Shown here in pieces: positions 51,932 through 64,000 of a stretch of 64,000 nucleotides of DNA (the stretch's first letter is position 1; every line of letters begins with the position of its first letter). The DNA comes from the human T2T-CHM13v2.0 reference genome, Homo sapiens, in the NCBI RefSeq assembly GCF_009914755.1, contig NC_060939.1. One strand, written 5' to 3'. The notes under the pieces were generated by a model. The model worked only from the letters and a program-made list of their open reading frames with translations, was not told where the DNA came from and made no database searches. A program made the translations under genes and the position numbers.

Positions 51932-52233
51932 TTTTTTTTTTCTTTAAACAAGAGACAGGGTCTTGCTCTGTTGCCTAAGCTGGAGTGCAGTGGTAAGATC
52001 ACAGCTCGCTCCAGCCTTGAAATGCTGGGCTTAAGTGATCCTCCTACCTCAGCCTCCCAAGTAGCTGGGACTACAGGCACACACCACCATGCCTGGCTAA
52101 TTACAAAATTTTTTTTTCTTAGGGAGATGAGGGTGTTGCTATGTTGCCTCAGCTGGTCTTGAACTCCTGGCCTCAAGTGGTCTTCCCACATTGGCCTCCT
52201 AAAATGCTGGTATTCCAGGTGTGAGCCAGCACA
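51932..52233 (-). mobile_element. Alu (AluJ-like)
   Basis: Full dimer. Confidence 0.92.
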
Positions 52234-52249
52234 TCCCCTCCAGGACCCT

Positions 52250-52586
52250 CACTGGTTTTCCCTTAAGGAAGACTTTATTTAGGACTATTGTGGTAGGTGT
52301 CAAGACTATCACAACAGGGGGAGACCTCATTCAACCCCAAATAACAGCACAGACAGCTGAGAGTTTACAGCCAACTAGCAGAATGAGGGGTGGGAGCATG
52401 CTGTCAGTGGATGGAAGTTACTAAGAGGAGACATCAAAGGTAGGGGGATTCTTTCTAAATCAATGCAACAGGATTCTTGCTAAAACTGGGCTAGGCAGGC
52501 TGAAGACAGGATCCAAGGATGAAGCCTAGTCAAAAAGAGGGCTCAGAGGAGCTGGTCTAAAGTTTGCTCAAGGACAGTCTTTGTCA
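52250..52586 (-). mobile_element. MER31-like ERV1 LTR fragment
   Basis: gagggctcagaggagctggtctaaagtttgctcaaggacagtctttgtca resembles the reverse of the MER31 5' end. Confidence 0.7.
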
Positions 52587-53179
52587 CATGCTATGTGATC
52601 TTAGAACCACGCCCCCTCCACTTTTACAGGTGAGGAAATAGAGGCTCAGAGAAACAGTCATTTGCCTGAGGTCTGCTTTAGTCCATCTCACCCCCAGGGG
52701 GCCCGGCCCCAAGGTTCTGACCACAGCTGCCCCCTGCCCACAAGCTAGAAGTAAAAGGACCTGAGCCCCAGCCCTGACTTTGCTAGTGGACTTATTGCTG
52801 TGTGACCCTGCTTAAGTCCAGTCCATCTCTGGGCCTCTCAGTGTCACCCAAAGCCACGAGGGAGTCCTCTGGCCGAGCCATGGGAACACAGGGGAGCCGG
52901 GTAGTCCAGGCCTGGGATGGGCAGGGTACTAATTAGCGAGAGCTCCTCTGGAATGTTAAGTACCCAGCCCTGGAATGCAGCTCCTGCTGGCTGCAAACCC
53001 GCCTGCCATCAAACAGGCCCTGCCATGGCGATAAAGATCAGGGTGGGCAGGCCCTGGGGGCCCTGTCTTGGGAAGCCCACCAGGCAACACATTTCTCTGG
53101 CCTCTCCCCACGATCTCCCTCCATTGAGCGCTCACTCTATCTTAGAGCTTGAGCTTGGCTCAGAGCAAGGCTTGGTGAG

Positions 53180-53766
53180 TGTCGTAGGGGCTTTCTAAGG
53201 TGGCCCCCAATGATCCCCACCTCCTGGTGTTAATGCCTTTGTGGAATGCCTTCTCCTTCAGTGTGGGCTGGGCCTAGTGAGTGGCTCCTGACAAAGAGAA
53301 TACAGCAAAAGTGATGGCACATTCCCTCTGATAGTAGGTTACAAAAAGACCATGGCTTTTTTCTTGGGCACTCTTTTGCTGTCTCTGAGTGAAGCCAGCT
53401 GTCATGAGCTGCCCAGTGGAGAGGGCCATGTGGCAAGGATATGAGAACAGTCTCCAGCCAACAGCCAGTGAGGCCAGCCAGGCCAGAGAGGAACTGAGAC
53501 TCACAGGCCTACAACTCACAGAAACAGAATCTTGCCAACAACCACATGAGTAGGCTTAAAGAGGATCCATCCCCACATGAGCCGTCAGATGACTGTTGAC
53601 CTGACTGCAGCTTGATTGCAGCCTGAGAGAGACTATGAGGCAGAGGACCCAGCTAGGAACCTATGCCCAGATTCTTGACCCAGGAAACTGTGACATCATA
53701 AATACCTGTTGTTTTAAGTTGCTAACTTTTGGGGCAATTGTTATGTAGCAATGGATAACTAGTACA
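53180..53766 (+). mobile_element. MLT1E/F-like LTR
   Basis: ctaaggtggcccccaatgatccccacctcctggt...ataaatacctgttgttttaagttgctaac..ttatgtagcaatggataactagtaca. Confidence 0.8.
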
Positions 53767-53942
53767 ACACATATCAATCAAGCACTTACAGTGTGCCTAG
53801 CCCCCTTCCCATCACTCTTTCCCCTGCCACCCTTAGGAGGTCAGCCCATTTGATAGCCATGGAAAGTGAAGCAAGTGTGGAAGCCCAAGGCCAGGCTCTT
53901 TAATTTCAGCACCCATGGAAAACTCAAGATGTCCTACCTGAG

Positions 53943-54240
53943 TTTTGTTTTGTTTCATTTTGTTTTGAGACAGAGTCTCCCTCTGTCGCCCAGGCTGAAG
54001 TGCAGTAGTGTGATCTCAGCTCTCTGAAATCTCTGCCTCCTGGGTTCAAGCAATTCTCCTGCCTCAGCCTCCCAAGTAGCTGAGATTATAGGTATGTGCC
54101 ACCACACCTGGCTAATTGTTGTATTTTTAGTAGAAATGGGATTTCGCCATATTGGCCAGCCTGGTCTCGAACTCCTGACCTCAAGTGATTCACCCACCTC
54201 GGCCTCCTGAAGTGCTAGGATTATAGGCATGAGCCCGGCC
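53943..54240 (-). mobile_element. Alu (AluS)
   Basis: Full dimer; TSD ctacct(g/t)agtttt. Confidence 0.93.
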
Positions 54241-55411
54241 CTACCTTAGTTTTAACAAGGCATTTTCACCTGTCTGATTTCCTTGAGCTTCATAGTCAAG
54301 AATATATTCTGATTCCATTGGCCAGTTGAGGAAACTGAAGCCCAGAGGGGAGATGGATTTGTTCAAAGTCATACAGAGTGTTAGCTGCAAAGTCATGAGC
54401 CCTGACCCCAGGGTCCTGAGTTCTGAGCTCAGGATCTTTACTGCATACCAGGCTGCCTCCCCTGCCCAGCCTGGCTCACACAGAATCCCGTGGAACAGGG
54501 CTCAGAAGAAGGCAGATATTGGTGATTCTGAGGTCTACTGCCTGGTTTCCTTGGGGCTCAGAACTATGCATGTGTCCTTAAGGAGTGTCCCTTTGCCATC
54601 TAAGGCCTGTTTTTTGAGGTCTAAGACCTTAAGCCTGAACCCAGCCCCTAAAGGAGCCTAACGGTCTTGTGCTCAAGGGAGGGAGCTCCTGGCTCCTGCT
54701 GTTCAGGGTCAGCTCCGAGGTCCTTCATCCTCAGGACACAGCCTCACTGTTCTCAGACATCCCACGTGGAAGAGCTGTAAGTCCCCGCCTGGACAAGATG
54801 GGCAGAAGGTTTCCCCTGTATGGGGGACCAGGGCAGATTTGGTGCCCTGCAGTCTCTGCCTCCACTTGGGACCTGGGACTGAAAGATATTTGAGGCTTGG
54901 GCCCAAGCAAAAAGTGGGCAACATAAACAACCTCCTGGAGCACTCACCAGACACAAACACAAACAAATCCAGGTCTGTACCAAGACTCCGCCGTCCTTCT
55001 CAGACTACAGAGAGCCCAGGGAAAGGCAGGAGGCACGGCATCTGCTAGGACCTCCGCCTAGACCGGGACACTCAAGGGAGTCCGACAGGACCCAAATTTC
55101 TACAGTCCTGCCACCAGAATGCTGCAGAATTAGAGAATCTCCCTCTAAAGGAGGGCGCATCCCTTGCTTCAAGGCCAAGGCCCTACTCCCAACAGTCAGG
55201 TGGAGAGATCATGGGCTGTCTGAGCTGAGAAAGATCTTAGGGACCATGGCCCACCCTCAGTCTCAGTCAGGACTGAACTTACCAGTTTACACCTAAGGAC
55301 TCAGGCCAGTGGAAAGGGCCAGATTTGCCCAACATCACAGAGCCTGGAGTGCCAAGTCCAGTATGAGAATGAGGGTTTCTGACTCTCAGCCCAGTGCCCA
55401 GGGCTCTAGGT

Positions 55412-55598
55412 CAGCGGTCCTCAAACTTTGGCTTTCACTGGCATCAACTGAAGGGCTTGTTAAAACCCAGGGAGCTAGGCCCTGTGCCTGGAGTTTCTGA
55501 TTCTGTAGGTCTGAGTGGGGCCTGAGAAGCTGCATTTCTGACAAGGTCCAGGTGGTGCTGATGCTGCCAGTCTAGGAACACACTTGCAGAACCAGCGC
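55412..55598. mobile_element. MER5A MITE
   Basis: cagcggtcctcaaacttt...gagtttctgattctgtaggtctg...cacacttgcagaaccagcg. Confidence 0.8.
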
Positions 55599-55645
55599 CC
55601 TGGGCATGCTGTCTTCCAGATCACTCTCCTGATGGTTCCCTAAAG

Positions 55646-56296
<651 letters not shown>

Positions 56297-56711
56297 GCCT
56301 GCACAGACCGAGGGCAATTTGCAGAGTCCCTGAGTGCCTGTCTAGGTACAAACTCCTTTGAGGGAGTGGGATGTGTTGAAGAATCGTGAAGGGCAGCACC
56401 CTGTCTTGTTCATCTTTGCATCTATTGACCAAGCAGCTCCCCTATTAGCTGACCTATAAAACCCACAGATATACATGAAACACCCCAATTTTATAAGAAA
56501 ACATATTTAGGAAAATTAATTTTTTTGTCATAACTACACTGAAAGTATTTTGTTGTTGTTGTTCAGGTAAATCAAGTATTATACGTGGGAATATTTTTAT
56601 TAAGGAAACTTCCAGTAGGATGTCGACGGGAAGTGAAAGGATGGTCTCTGCTGTGAAGTTTTCTGTTTCCATGCTTTGCCACTAGGGGCTGGTTTCAGCC
56701 TTCACTTTACC

Positions 56712-57032
56712 ATCAGTTCTCCCTATCTATGGGTTGAAAATATGTGAAAAAAAAAAAAAAAAAAAAAAGAATGGTTATGTCTGTACTACACATGTAAAAA
56801 CTATTTTCTTGTCATTGTTCCATAAATAACACAGTATAACAACTATATACATAACATTTACATTGTATTAGGTATTGTAAGTAATCTAGAGATAATTTAA
56901 AGTATATGGGAGGATGTGTGTAGGTTACATGCAAATAATATACCATTTTATATAAGGACCTGAGCATCTGTGGATTTTCGTATGCATGGGGGTCCTGGAA
57001 CCAATCCCCCATGGATACTGAGGGACTACTCT
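56712..57032. mobile_element. MER2 (TcMar-Tigger MITE)
   Basis: tacattgtattaggtattgtaagtaatctagagataattt...ggaaccaatcccccatggatactgagggactact. Confidence 0.85.
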
Positions 57033-57903
57033 ATTTTACCTTTTCGGCACTAAAGCTTCTATTCTTAAACTGATGTTTTGGATACTGGGTAAGTGGTGGC
57101 TCTATGGATGTAGATATAGATTCATATATGGATGTGGCCTTGGATACAAATACAGCTGCAGATGCAGAGACAAATGAGGATCTAGACAGAGATACATATA
57201 CAGATACAGATAGAGATATAGTGTGTGTGTGTGTTTTGAGAAAAAGTGAAAGCATGTCTAACATGCTGGCCTGTATGGTATATTCCTCCTCTAGGACTTC
57301 ATGTTGCTTATTGTGAGGGACACAGCTTTGTCTGTCTTCCCACCAAGAACTCATGTCCTCCTACACAGACAGTAAGGAGAGGCTACGTGATCCAAGGCCC
57401 ATGGGGATTGCCACTAAAGGGCCCAGGCTAGAAAGAGATGGGTTTTAAGGAGATCAGAGCCAGCTTCTTGGAGGAACAGAGCCATATGAAATGACTCAAA
57501 ATTAAGTTCATGGAGCACAGCTGTGATCACATGACTCCCCACCTCCCCAGTGCCCATAGGAAACAAAAAGCCTGCAGCCTGGCAGATGTGGATAAGGCTC
57601 ATCATCATTCAGCTGGGCCCTCCCTCTCTATCCCTCAAACTGTGGGGTGGTCCAGCCATGCCTGACTTCTGTGCACCCAGCCTTTTCTCATCACTGTGCC
57701 CTCAGCCCAGATCACCTTTCTCCAACTTCTCTGTTATCAAAGTCCTACACATCCTCCACGCAGCCTCATTCTTTCTTCAAGTTCTCAGAGCCCAGGACTT
57801 ATTTCTGGGGTGCTGGGAGCCCATATAGCCTCGTCTTATGCCTGATTACTGCGGCACAAGCTGCTGGTGGTCTGCTAATCTCCATCCTTCCCTTCTTCTA
57901 TGG

Positions 57904-58555
57904 CAGGGGCCAGCAAGTTATAACTCGTAGGCCAAATCTGGCCTGCCACCTATTTTTGTGCTGCCTGCAAGCACAAAAGTATTCTTTTTTACTTTTTTTT
58001 TTTTTTTTTGAGACAGAGTCTCCCTTTGTCACTCACGCTGAGTGGAGTTGCACGGTCTCGGCTCACTGCAGCCTCGACCTCCTGGGCTCAAGCAATCCTC
58101 CCTCCTCAGCCTCCAGAGTAGCTGGGACTACAGGAGCAAGTCACCATGCTGGGCTTTTTTTTAATTATTATTTTTTTAATTTTAGTTTTTTGTAGAGACA
58201 GGGTCTTCCTATGTTGCCCAGGCTGGTCTCAAACTCCTAGACTCAAGCAATCTGCCTGCCTCAGCCTCCCACAGTGCCGGAATTACAGGTCTGAACCACT
58301 GGGCCTGGCCTTTTTTTACATTTTTAAGTGACTGAAAATAAAATATTTTGTGAATCATAGAAACTATATCATATTTAGATTTAATTGTCCATAAATAAAA
58401 TATTATTGCAAGTGCAGACAGGCTGATTTGTTTCTATATCTATGACTGCTTTCACTCTTTTCTAGTAGGGTAGGCAATGCCACAGAGAATGTATGGCTTG
58501 CAAAGCCTGAAATATTTACTGTCTGGCCCTTTAAGAAAATGTTCACCAACCCCTG
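57904..58555. mobile_element. MER58B-like MITE split by an Alu (57,994-58,310, - strand)
   Basis: caggggccagcaag..ggccaaatctggcctgccacc ... aaatatttactgtctggccctttaagaaaatgttcaccaacccctg. Confidence 0.8.
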
Positions 58556-60059
58556 TTCTACAGTGTGAAAAGTTTGTTTGTTTCTGTTGGGCACTTGGGC
58601 TGCCTTATTAAAGACTGCATTGCCCAACTTCCCTTGCACCACCTAAGTGTGACATGGGACTAAGTTGTGCCAGTGGGTTGTAAGTAGAAGTGATGTTATC
58701 TAAGGAGAGAGGACATGTCCCTCTATCCCTTTCCTCTGCCCAGAATGTAGATGGGAGCCCACAGTGGATATCCCAAGAGGGCAGAACGGCAAGAGGGAAG
58801 GAGCCTGGGTTCCCGGATGACCCTGGAGTAGGATCGCCATCCCAGTCTTGGACAATCTACCCCTGGAGGGCCACACCAGAGAGCAGTCAACTCCACTCTG
58901 ACATGACCCTGACTAAGGCACCTCACATTCATCTCCCCCAGCAGAAAACAGGTTCCTTGAGGGTAAGGGCAGAGCCTGTCTGTTTCACCAGAGCTCCCAG
59001 AACATGGCCCAGCACATTGGAGATCTGGGTGTGCCCCTTATTGGCAAGAGACGTGTGGCAAATGACCTCCCTGGCCTGTTTTCTCTTCTATGAAATGAGA
59101 CTTAGCACCATACTCACAGGATTATTGTCAAGTTTACTAAAATGTATGTAAAATATCAGACCTGTCCTGTGCCAGCATGTAATAGGAGCCAAATAAATCG
59201 TGGCTATTGTGAGCTATTAAGTTTTCCGAAATCAGATCCTGTCCCCCACCTCCCTGCTGTAAACCATGGCTCCCTGGTTCTCTTAAGTCTGAAGTCGGTA
59301 CCATAACCCGCAAGATCCTTTATACCCCGATGCTGTCCACCTTCCCAGTCTCACGGCTCATCCTCCAAATGACTCAGGCAGGTGCCCCTGTCCTGGCATC
59401 CTGTCCTTCACAGTGGGGGTTGTCTTAAGGTCGGAGTGAAGGAGATAAATGTGCTAAGTCCAGACGACCCCTTGAAAATGTCTTCAGTCACTCATAGGTA
59501 CAGTACCCGGACTTAGTACCTCTCAGTAAGTCCAAAACAGTCTTCCTCCAATGTGGGAAAATGTGGCTATATCTTCAGTTGAGCACCAGATAAAGTCGCT
59601 GGCTTGCGTTTAGGGTCCTCATGGGATCAAAAATATGCGTCTTTAATCGTCAGAGTCACCCTGAGGATTGAAAGTTCATGCGATGCTTCTCTGCTGTGCT
59701 TTCAGTCCTTGCCGTGTGCCCTGTCTTCTCACCGCCAAGCCTTTGCACCTGCCGCTCCTTCTACCTGGAGTACCCAACCTGCCTCTCCCCACAACAAGGC
59801 CCATTCCTCTTTCAGGCCTCTGAGCAGGTGCCACTTCCTCCAGGAAGCCTTCCATAACTACCTGGCTCCCGTCCATATACCCTGAAACGCCTCTGCCTGT
59901 GCAGTGGCCTCCCACCGTGTGGTCACCGCCTGACTGCCTCTCTGTCTTTTTATCTTTTTCACCAGGTCCTTCCTTCTCTTTTGCTCACTGCTGAATTCCC
60001 AGCGCCTAGCATCGAATTTGGTGCACAAGAGGTGCACAGCAAACGCCTGTGGAATGAGT

Positions 60060-60960
60060 GAACGGTGGGGACGGTCAGGGCTGCCCCTGCTTGCACCCGC
60101 GGGAGGCTGGGGAGGGCAGGAAGGAGAGCGCTGCGGGGCCCTCCCCTCCCCGCCGTCCTCCCAAACCCTTTCCCTGCCCAACAGGGCGCCACTGGCCTGT
60201 CCCACACCCTCTCTGCCGCCTGCCCAGTGACCTAATTATTGTTTTTTCTTCCAGCCCCGCGGAGGGGAAAACAGAAATTCCTGGTGGATGACACAGGCCC
60301 GGCGGCCGCCTGCGAGCCGAGCACGGGACCGGCTGGGCCGGCTTCGCCCGCCCTGAACCCGCCACCCGCCCCGCCGAGGGCCGCGGAACCCGTCATCAGC
60401 TAAGTACAGAGCGGGCGGCGGGCGGGGCGGCGGCCGGGGAAATTGCCGGTTCCCGTGCCCCGCGGGGCCTGCGGGCGCCCCGAGTCTGGGGGCCCGGGGC
60501 GGGCGGGCCGGGGTCCGGGGGATCCCGGGGGGTCACGGGCGGCCCGGGTCCGAGTGCGCCGGTACTGAGCTCGAGAACGGCCCCCGCTGGGGAAGGAGCC
60601 GCTGGCAGCGCGGGGGCCGCGCGCAGGGCAGGGGGCGGCGGCGGCGCCGGCGCGGGCGGGGAGGGAGGGCGCGGCTCCGGGCGCGGGGCCAGGTCGGGCG
60701 GCCCGGGGCTCCGCGGGGGACGCGCGGCGAGGACGCGGGGCTCTCGGCACCCCTCTCCCGTAGCGGGGCCCTGCCCCGGCTCTTAGAAAGAGCATTGGGC
60801 TCCGGGCCAGAGCGCCGTGGGGCCAGCGCCCCAGCCCTTAGTGAATTGCTTCATCTGCCACTCATGTCCTGCGCCCTGGAAGCTGCAGAGAGAGCCTCGG
60901 CTCCCCGTGCAAGCGCTGGGCTGACAACTGACAGCGGCGACGCTTGGAATGAGACGTCCA
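60060..60960. promoter_or_regulatory. CpG island, probable promoter/first exon of an unidentified gene
   Basis: Very high GC and dense CpG, most marked at 60,290-60,800; GC boxes (gggcggggcgg at ~60,420); no repeat recognised in the core. Confidence 0.85.
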
Positions 60961-61519
60961 AGGGTTCAAGGGTCAACTCTTTCCTCCAGGCCTAGCAGAT
61001 CATAGATACTCCTTCTTCTTAAACTTATTAAGGAAAAAGGCAGTCACTCATGCCTTCCGCCAACAAATATTGACTGAGCACCTACTATGCGCTAGACATG
61101 CTGCTAGGCCTTGAGGATGGAGGGGTGAATGAGACAGGCAAAGCCTCATGTTCTTTTGGTGGAGACAAGCAATAAACACTTGAATACACATCTCAGACAA
61201 GATAGTGCTGCAGATGGTGATGGGTGTCAGGGAGACTCCTCATCACCTGAGGCAAGGGGAAAAGGCATTGTGGGAGACGGGGGAGCTGTTCTATTTGAGA
61301 CTCAGTGGCCCCAGAGGAAGGGCTTCCTGGGACAGTGCCCTTTAAGCTGAGACCTGAGCAAAGCGTGAGATTTAGCAAGGCAATTTTCTAAGGGAAGGTT
61401 TTTTAGATAAAGCAGACTGCAGGTGCAAAGTTCCCAGCCCTTGCTGGTAGAATGATCTCTCAGGCTCCTGAGCCCCCAAAGCACAAGATTGCACCCCTTC
61501 CTCTGACAAGAGAGGAAGC

Positions 61520-61750
61520 GTGAAGCCCAGATCTGGAGTCAGGCAGACCTGGCTTTACATTCTGGCCCTGGTACTCACTAGCTGTGTGACCTTGCACACA
61601 TCACTTAGCCTCTCTGAGTGGTAGTTCCTGCGTCTGTCACATGGGGAGAATAATGCTCTGTTCTTTACAGGTTTGTGTGAGGATTCAATGAAGTAACACC
61701 AAAATGTTGCAAGCCCAGACTTGGGCATCCTTATGTGCTCAAACAAATGA
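61520..61750 (+). mobile_element. MIR SINE (L2 fragments at ~61,060-61,450 and ~62,920-63,330)
   Basis: tctggagtcaggcagacctgg..ctagctgtgtgaccttg..acttagcctctctgag. Confidence 0.75.
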
Positions 61751-63739
61751 TCTCTGGGTTCCCTAAGAAGACCTCACCTTCTGCATCTGAAAACTAGGTC
61801 TCTCTGACTCGGAGTGAAAAGCGAATTTACCTTTCCCCATCCTGGTGGCAACGAGGGGGCCCATGGTAGAACTGTGCGCAGCTTGGACAAACTCTGGGAG
61901 AGGGGTCCCAGCTGGGGTTTCCTGTTGGACGCCCTTTGGAACTCAGAGCCCCGTTGACAGGAGGAGAGAGGAGCAGTTGATTGGACAGCTCCCCACCCAG
62001 CCAGCCACACTATCCGAGTCTCAGGCATTTGGTGGAGTTCAGAGAGGAGGCCTCCAGCAAGCCCAGGTCAGGGCCAAGCTGTCACACTGGTGAGGTTCAT
62101 ACTTCACATTCTCACCCTCTTCCCCAGGCTTCCCCTCCCTGCCTCCTTTGCTAAACTTGCCCTTCCTTGAGAAAGGACGGGAGCTCAGTCGCTTTACAGC
62201 GACTAAGAGAGGATGTCAGTCTTTGGAGATACTCCTTCATTTGACATGTGGGGAATCTGAAGCCCAGAGATGGCAGGGCTTTGCCAGAGGCTACACAGCA
62301 GTCCTGAGGATGAGAATTCATGTCAGAGACCCTTGATCTAGGGCTGTTTCTCTATGGTACTTCATAGCCTAGTTCTGCCCATTTTACAGATGGAACAAAC
62401 TGGGGCCCAAAACTGTGACATAAGCCAGCAAAGGCTTCCCAGGCCAACATTAGCAATGAGGAATGAGGAATGTACTTTAGGCAGGGGTTGGGGGGAATGG
62501 GATCCTTCCAGGACCCCTCCAATTATTCGTAGACCCACCTGCTTTGAAGATGATCTCTGCCTCCCCTCTCCGCCCAGGGAAAAGACATCTGGAGAGATCT
62601 GTAGCTATCAGCTCCCCTTTGTCACCCAGGAATCCTAAATCTCCCTATCCTGACAGATCAGCCCAGCTGGGGCCCAGATCCACATTGGTGCCCTTGTCTG
62701 TCTGGCTCCCGTGAGAGCTGGCTATGATGGTTGTGCACCTGGAGGCCACTAAGGTCAGGGTGGGCACCGCCTCACTCTGCTCCAGGGCTCTAGACCAATG
62801 CCTAGGTAGGAGCTTTTTCTCAAGACTCGGACATCAACAGCCAGGCCTGGCATCAAAAGCCTCTCCTCACCTGCATGTTTGCTGCCAGCTGCTCTGAGGG
62901 GTTGCGTTTCATTTGTTCATTAGCTCATTCATTCATTCTTTCTTGCATTCAATATCTCTAGAGAACCTGCAAGGTGCCAGGCACTGCCCCACACATTGAA
63001 GGTAGAGCAGCAAACAAGATGGTGGGGCCCTGCCTCCTGGAGCTCACTTTCTGGGGTGGGGAGACAGGCAGTAAATCAATATACACAAGACAGAAGGTCA
63101 GATGGAGGTATCAAGGTGAGGCGGTGGTGCATGATGGGGGTGTTCTTTTAGACCAGGTAGTTGAGCAGCGGCCATGAAAAAGTGGGGGTAGCGGGTCGGG
63201 GGTTCCTTGCTGATGTCTGGGGGAGAAATTTAGAAAGAGGGGCCTGTAAGTGTCAAGGCCATGAGGGAGAAACATGCCTGGTGTTTTGGGGGATAGCAAG
63301 GAACGCAGTGTGGCTGGAGTGAGGGGGACAGATGAGCGCGTGGGCAGGGATGAGACTGGAGAAGGGAGGGGCCGCACAGTGGGGGGGTGGGCGGATGGGG
63401 GACCCTCAAGGCACCGAGCTGCCCCACTTATTCCGTGTCAGCCTCTGTCCAGCCCCTGCCTTGGGTGGCACCGTGCTGTCCCAGGCAGCGTGGACATCAG
63501 GAGCTCATTACAGAGCAGGCTGTCTGAGGGGCTTCTCTGCTTCTGCCACATCCTCACACCCCTTTCACCTGTCCTAAAAGGCAGGATGAAAAGGATGAGA
63601 GAGGAAGCTGGCCTCCTGTGAGAAGATGCTGGACTCAGAAATCTTTGAATTCTAGGCTTCACCTCTGAGTGACTGCATGAACTTGGAAGAGCTACTTAAA
63701 CGCTCTGAACTTCCGTTTCCATATCTGGCTAAATATACT

Positions 63740-64000
63740 GGCAGCACAAATAGCTATGAAAGCTAAGGGTCCACCACCCCCTGACCCAGCAGGTACACTC
63801 CTAGCTACAGACCCAAGAGAAATGAGCACACGTGTCCAAAAGGCACGGACAAGGTGTTCGTGGGGGTTGTTCACAATGGCCCCAAATGAGTCAACCCTGA
63901 GGCTCATCATCAGAAGAATGGCTGAAGCCGTGTGGGATAGTTGTAGAGTGGAATATTTCATAGCAACAACATAATGAAACTGCTGATAGATGCAGCAACG
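63740..64000 (+). mobile_element. Old L1M 3' fragment running off the window
   Basis: tgacccagcagg.acactccta..acccaagagaaatgagcacacgtgtcc...gtggaatatttcatagcaac. Confidence 0.7.

Noticed and set aside
56676-56692. CTCF-like gccactaggggctgg
   Set aside because: One G short of the CCASYAGRKGGC core, so key positions mismatch.
57104-57235. Asp-rich ORF MDVDIDSYMDVALDTNT...
   Set aside because: Degenerate (GATAYA)n/(TG)n simple repeat.
60400-60795. 131-aa Arg/Pro/Ala/Gly-rich ORF in the CpG island
   Set aside because: Expected by chance in very GC-rich DNA; no recognisable domain.

Overview
Primate (very likely human) intergenic DNA, dense in Alu, MIR, L1, LTR and DNA-transposon relics. I see no intact protein-coding gene, and most ORFs in the track are Alu/L1-derived or chance ORFs. 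I cannot name the locus or the flanking genes from sequence alone. Main structures: (1) A nested retroposition stack at 23.46-34.01 kb. An old L1MC-type LINE contains a full-length LETM1 processed pseudogene (25,983-32,034), whose 3'UTR contains an antisense, internally deleted L1PA6-like element with a perfect 14-bp TSD and a short 3'-transduction. The same L1MC also holds a tailless 5' fragment of U2 snRNA and several Alus. (2) A truncated ERVL-type provirus (8.7-13.8 kb) containing a recent ~304-bp inverted templated copy of its own downstream sequence, with microhomology at both junctions. (3) An older 150-bp inverted duplication of apparently unique DNA (42.8/44.3 kb) and a tiny fold-back insertion inside an Alu (41.15 kb). 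(4) A solo MER41B LTR retaining one intact STAT GAS site. (5) A CpG-island promoter at ~60.1-60.96 kb with a GC-skew switch. I found no evidence for a novel multi-gene system; the notable signals are mutational and retrotranspositional mechanisms recorded in the sequence. Repeat subfamily names come from remembered consensus sequences and need RepeatMasker/Dfam confirmation.
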